From a virus (Duplodnaviria; Heunggongvirae; Uroviricota; Caudoviricetes), in the IMG/VR virus record IMGVR_UViG_2547132418_000017: a stretch of 36,714 bases of DNA; one strand, given 5' to 3'. Positions 36,385-36,714 of this stretch are shown here, piece after piece. The notes beneath the pieces were generated by a model. The model was not told the DNA's origin. It searched no databases and worked only from the letters and a program-made list of their open reading frames with translations. The first letter of the stretch is position 1, and each line of letters begins with the position of its first letter. A program made the position numbers and the translations under genes.

Positions 36385-36714
36385 ATGAAAATCAGAGCGG
36401 TAAAGGGCATCAGAAACGCCCATTATCTTGAAAATGGTGCGGTTGACTGCGAGGTGTTATTTGAAGGTGAAACGGAATTCGTCCCGTATACCGCCATGCA
36501 GGATGATACCGCACCGACAGGCCAGCGCATCTGGGAAGAGTTGCAGAACGGCAAATGGGGCGAAATCGCCCCTTTCACTGTCACGCCGGAACTTATCGCC
36601 GCGGCGAAGGATGCCAAAAAGCAGGAAATCGAGGCATGGCGCACAGAACAGGAAGCACTGCCGTTCACCTTTGAATGGAACGGTCGCACCTGGAACGCTG
36701 GCCCCGACTCAATG
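36385..36714 (+). CDS. Partial ORF downstream of fibre 2, probable fibre accessory/assembly protein (runs off window end)
   Basis: ATG 36385 after SD-like GGGG; open to the last base of the window (110 codons); not clearly lambda-Tfa-like. Confidence 0.4.
   Translation, partial: MKIRAVKGIRNAHYLENGAVDCEVLFEGETEFVPYTAMQDDTAPTGQRIWEELQNGKWGEIAPFTVTPELIAAAKDAKKQEIEAWRTEQEALPFTFEWNGRTWNAGPDSM

Larger units (their letters stand above)
1..36714 (+). mobile_element. Mu-like transposable prophage, left part through tail fibres (right end outside window)
   Basis: Gene order repressor(-)/ner/transposase A/transposase B/accessory genes/Mor-C activator/lysis/terminase/portal/head/tail/baseplate/fibres matches phage Mu; nearly all genes on + strand with overlapping start-stop junctions. 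Confidence 0.85.

Noticed and set aside
1-36714. CRISPR arrays, tRNA or rRNA genes, and a Mu-type invertible G segment with gin invertase
   Set aside because: No regularly spaced direct repeats, no tRNA- or rRNA-like sequence, and no invertase gene or inverted fibre-gene copy were seen; invertase and mom-like genes may lie beyond the right edge of the window.

Overview
This window reads as most of a Mu-like transposable prophage, running from near the left end through the tail-fibre genes; the right end is not in the window. A leftward HTH repressor (173..850) faces a rightward early operon across an operator/promoter region (about 860..930). The early operon carries ner, a DDE transposase A (1270..3312) and an ATPase transposase B (3331..4224). 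It is followed by about 5 kb of small, mostly translationally coupled accessory genes (4224..9527) that include a DUF3164-like gene, a DUF2786-like gene, a GemA-like gene and an AT-rich secreted-protein gene. Next come a Mor/C-family late activator (9627..10094), a lysis cassette with a GH108-type endolysin (10597..11983), and a contiguous Mu-type morphogenesis block on the + strand: small and large terminase, portal, F, G, I, major head, sheath, tube, chaperone, tape measure, N, P and baseplate genes (12209..31847). The window ends with two tandem tail-fibre plus chaperone modules; the second fibre (1044 aa) contains an internal duplication of a lambda-Stf-like module. All protein-family calls are from reading the translated ORFs and recalling known families; no database search was run. 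No rRNA, tRNA or CRISPR array was seen. The most interesting items are the uncharacterised accessory block with a duplicated hairpin-plus-RBS cassette, two copies of an AT-rich palindrome, a probable -1 frameshift in the tail chaperone, and the dual, internally duplicated fibre locus. I did not find one clearly delimited novel multi-gene system; the accessory block is the best candidate region.
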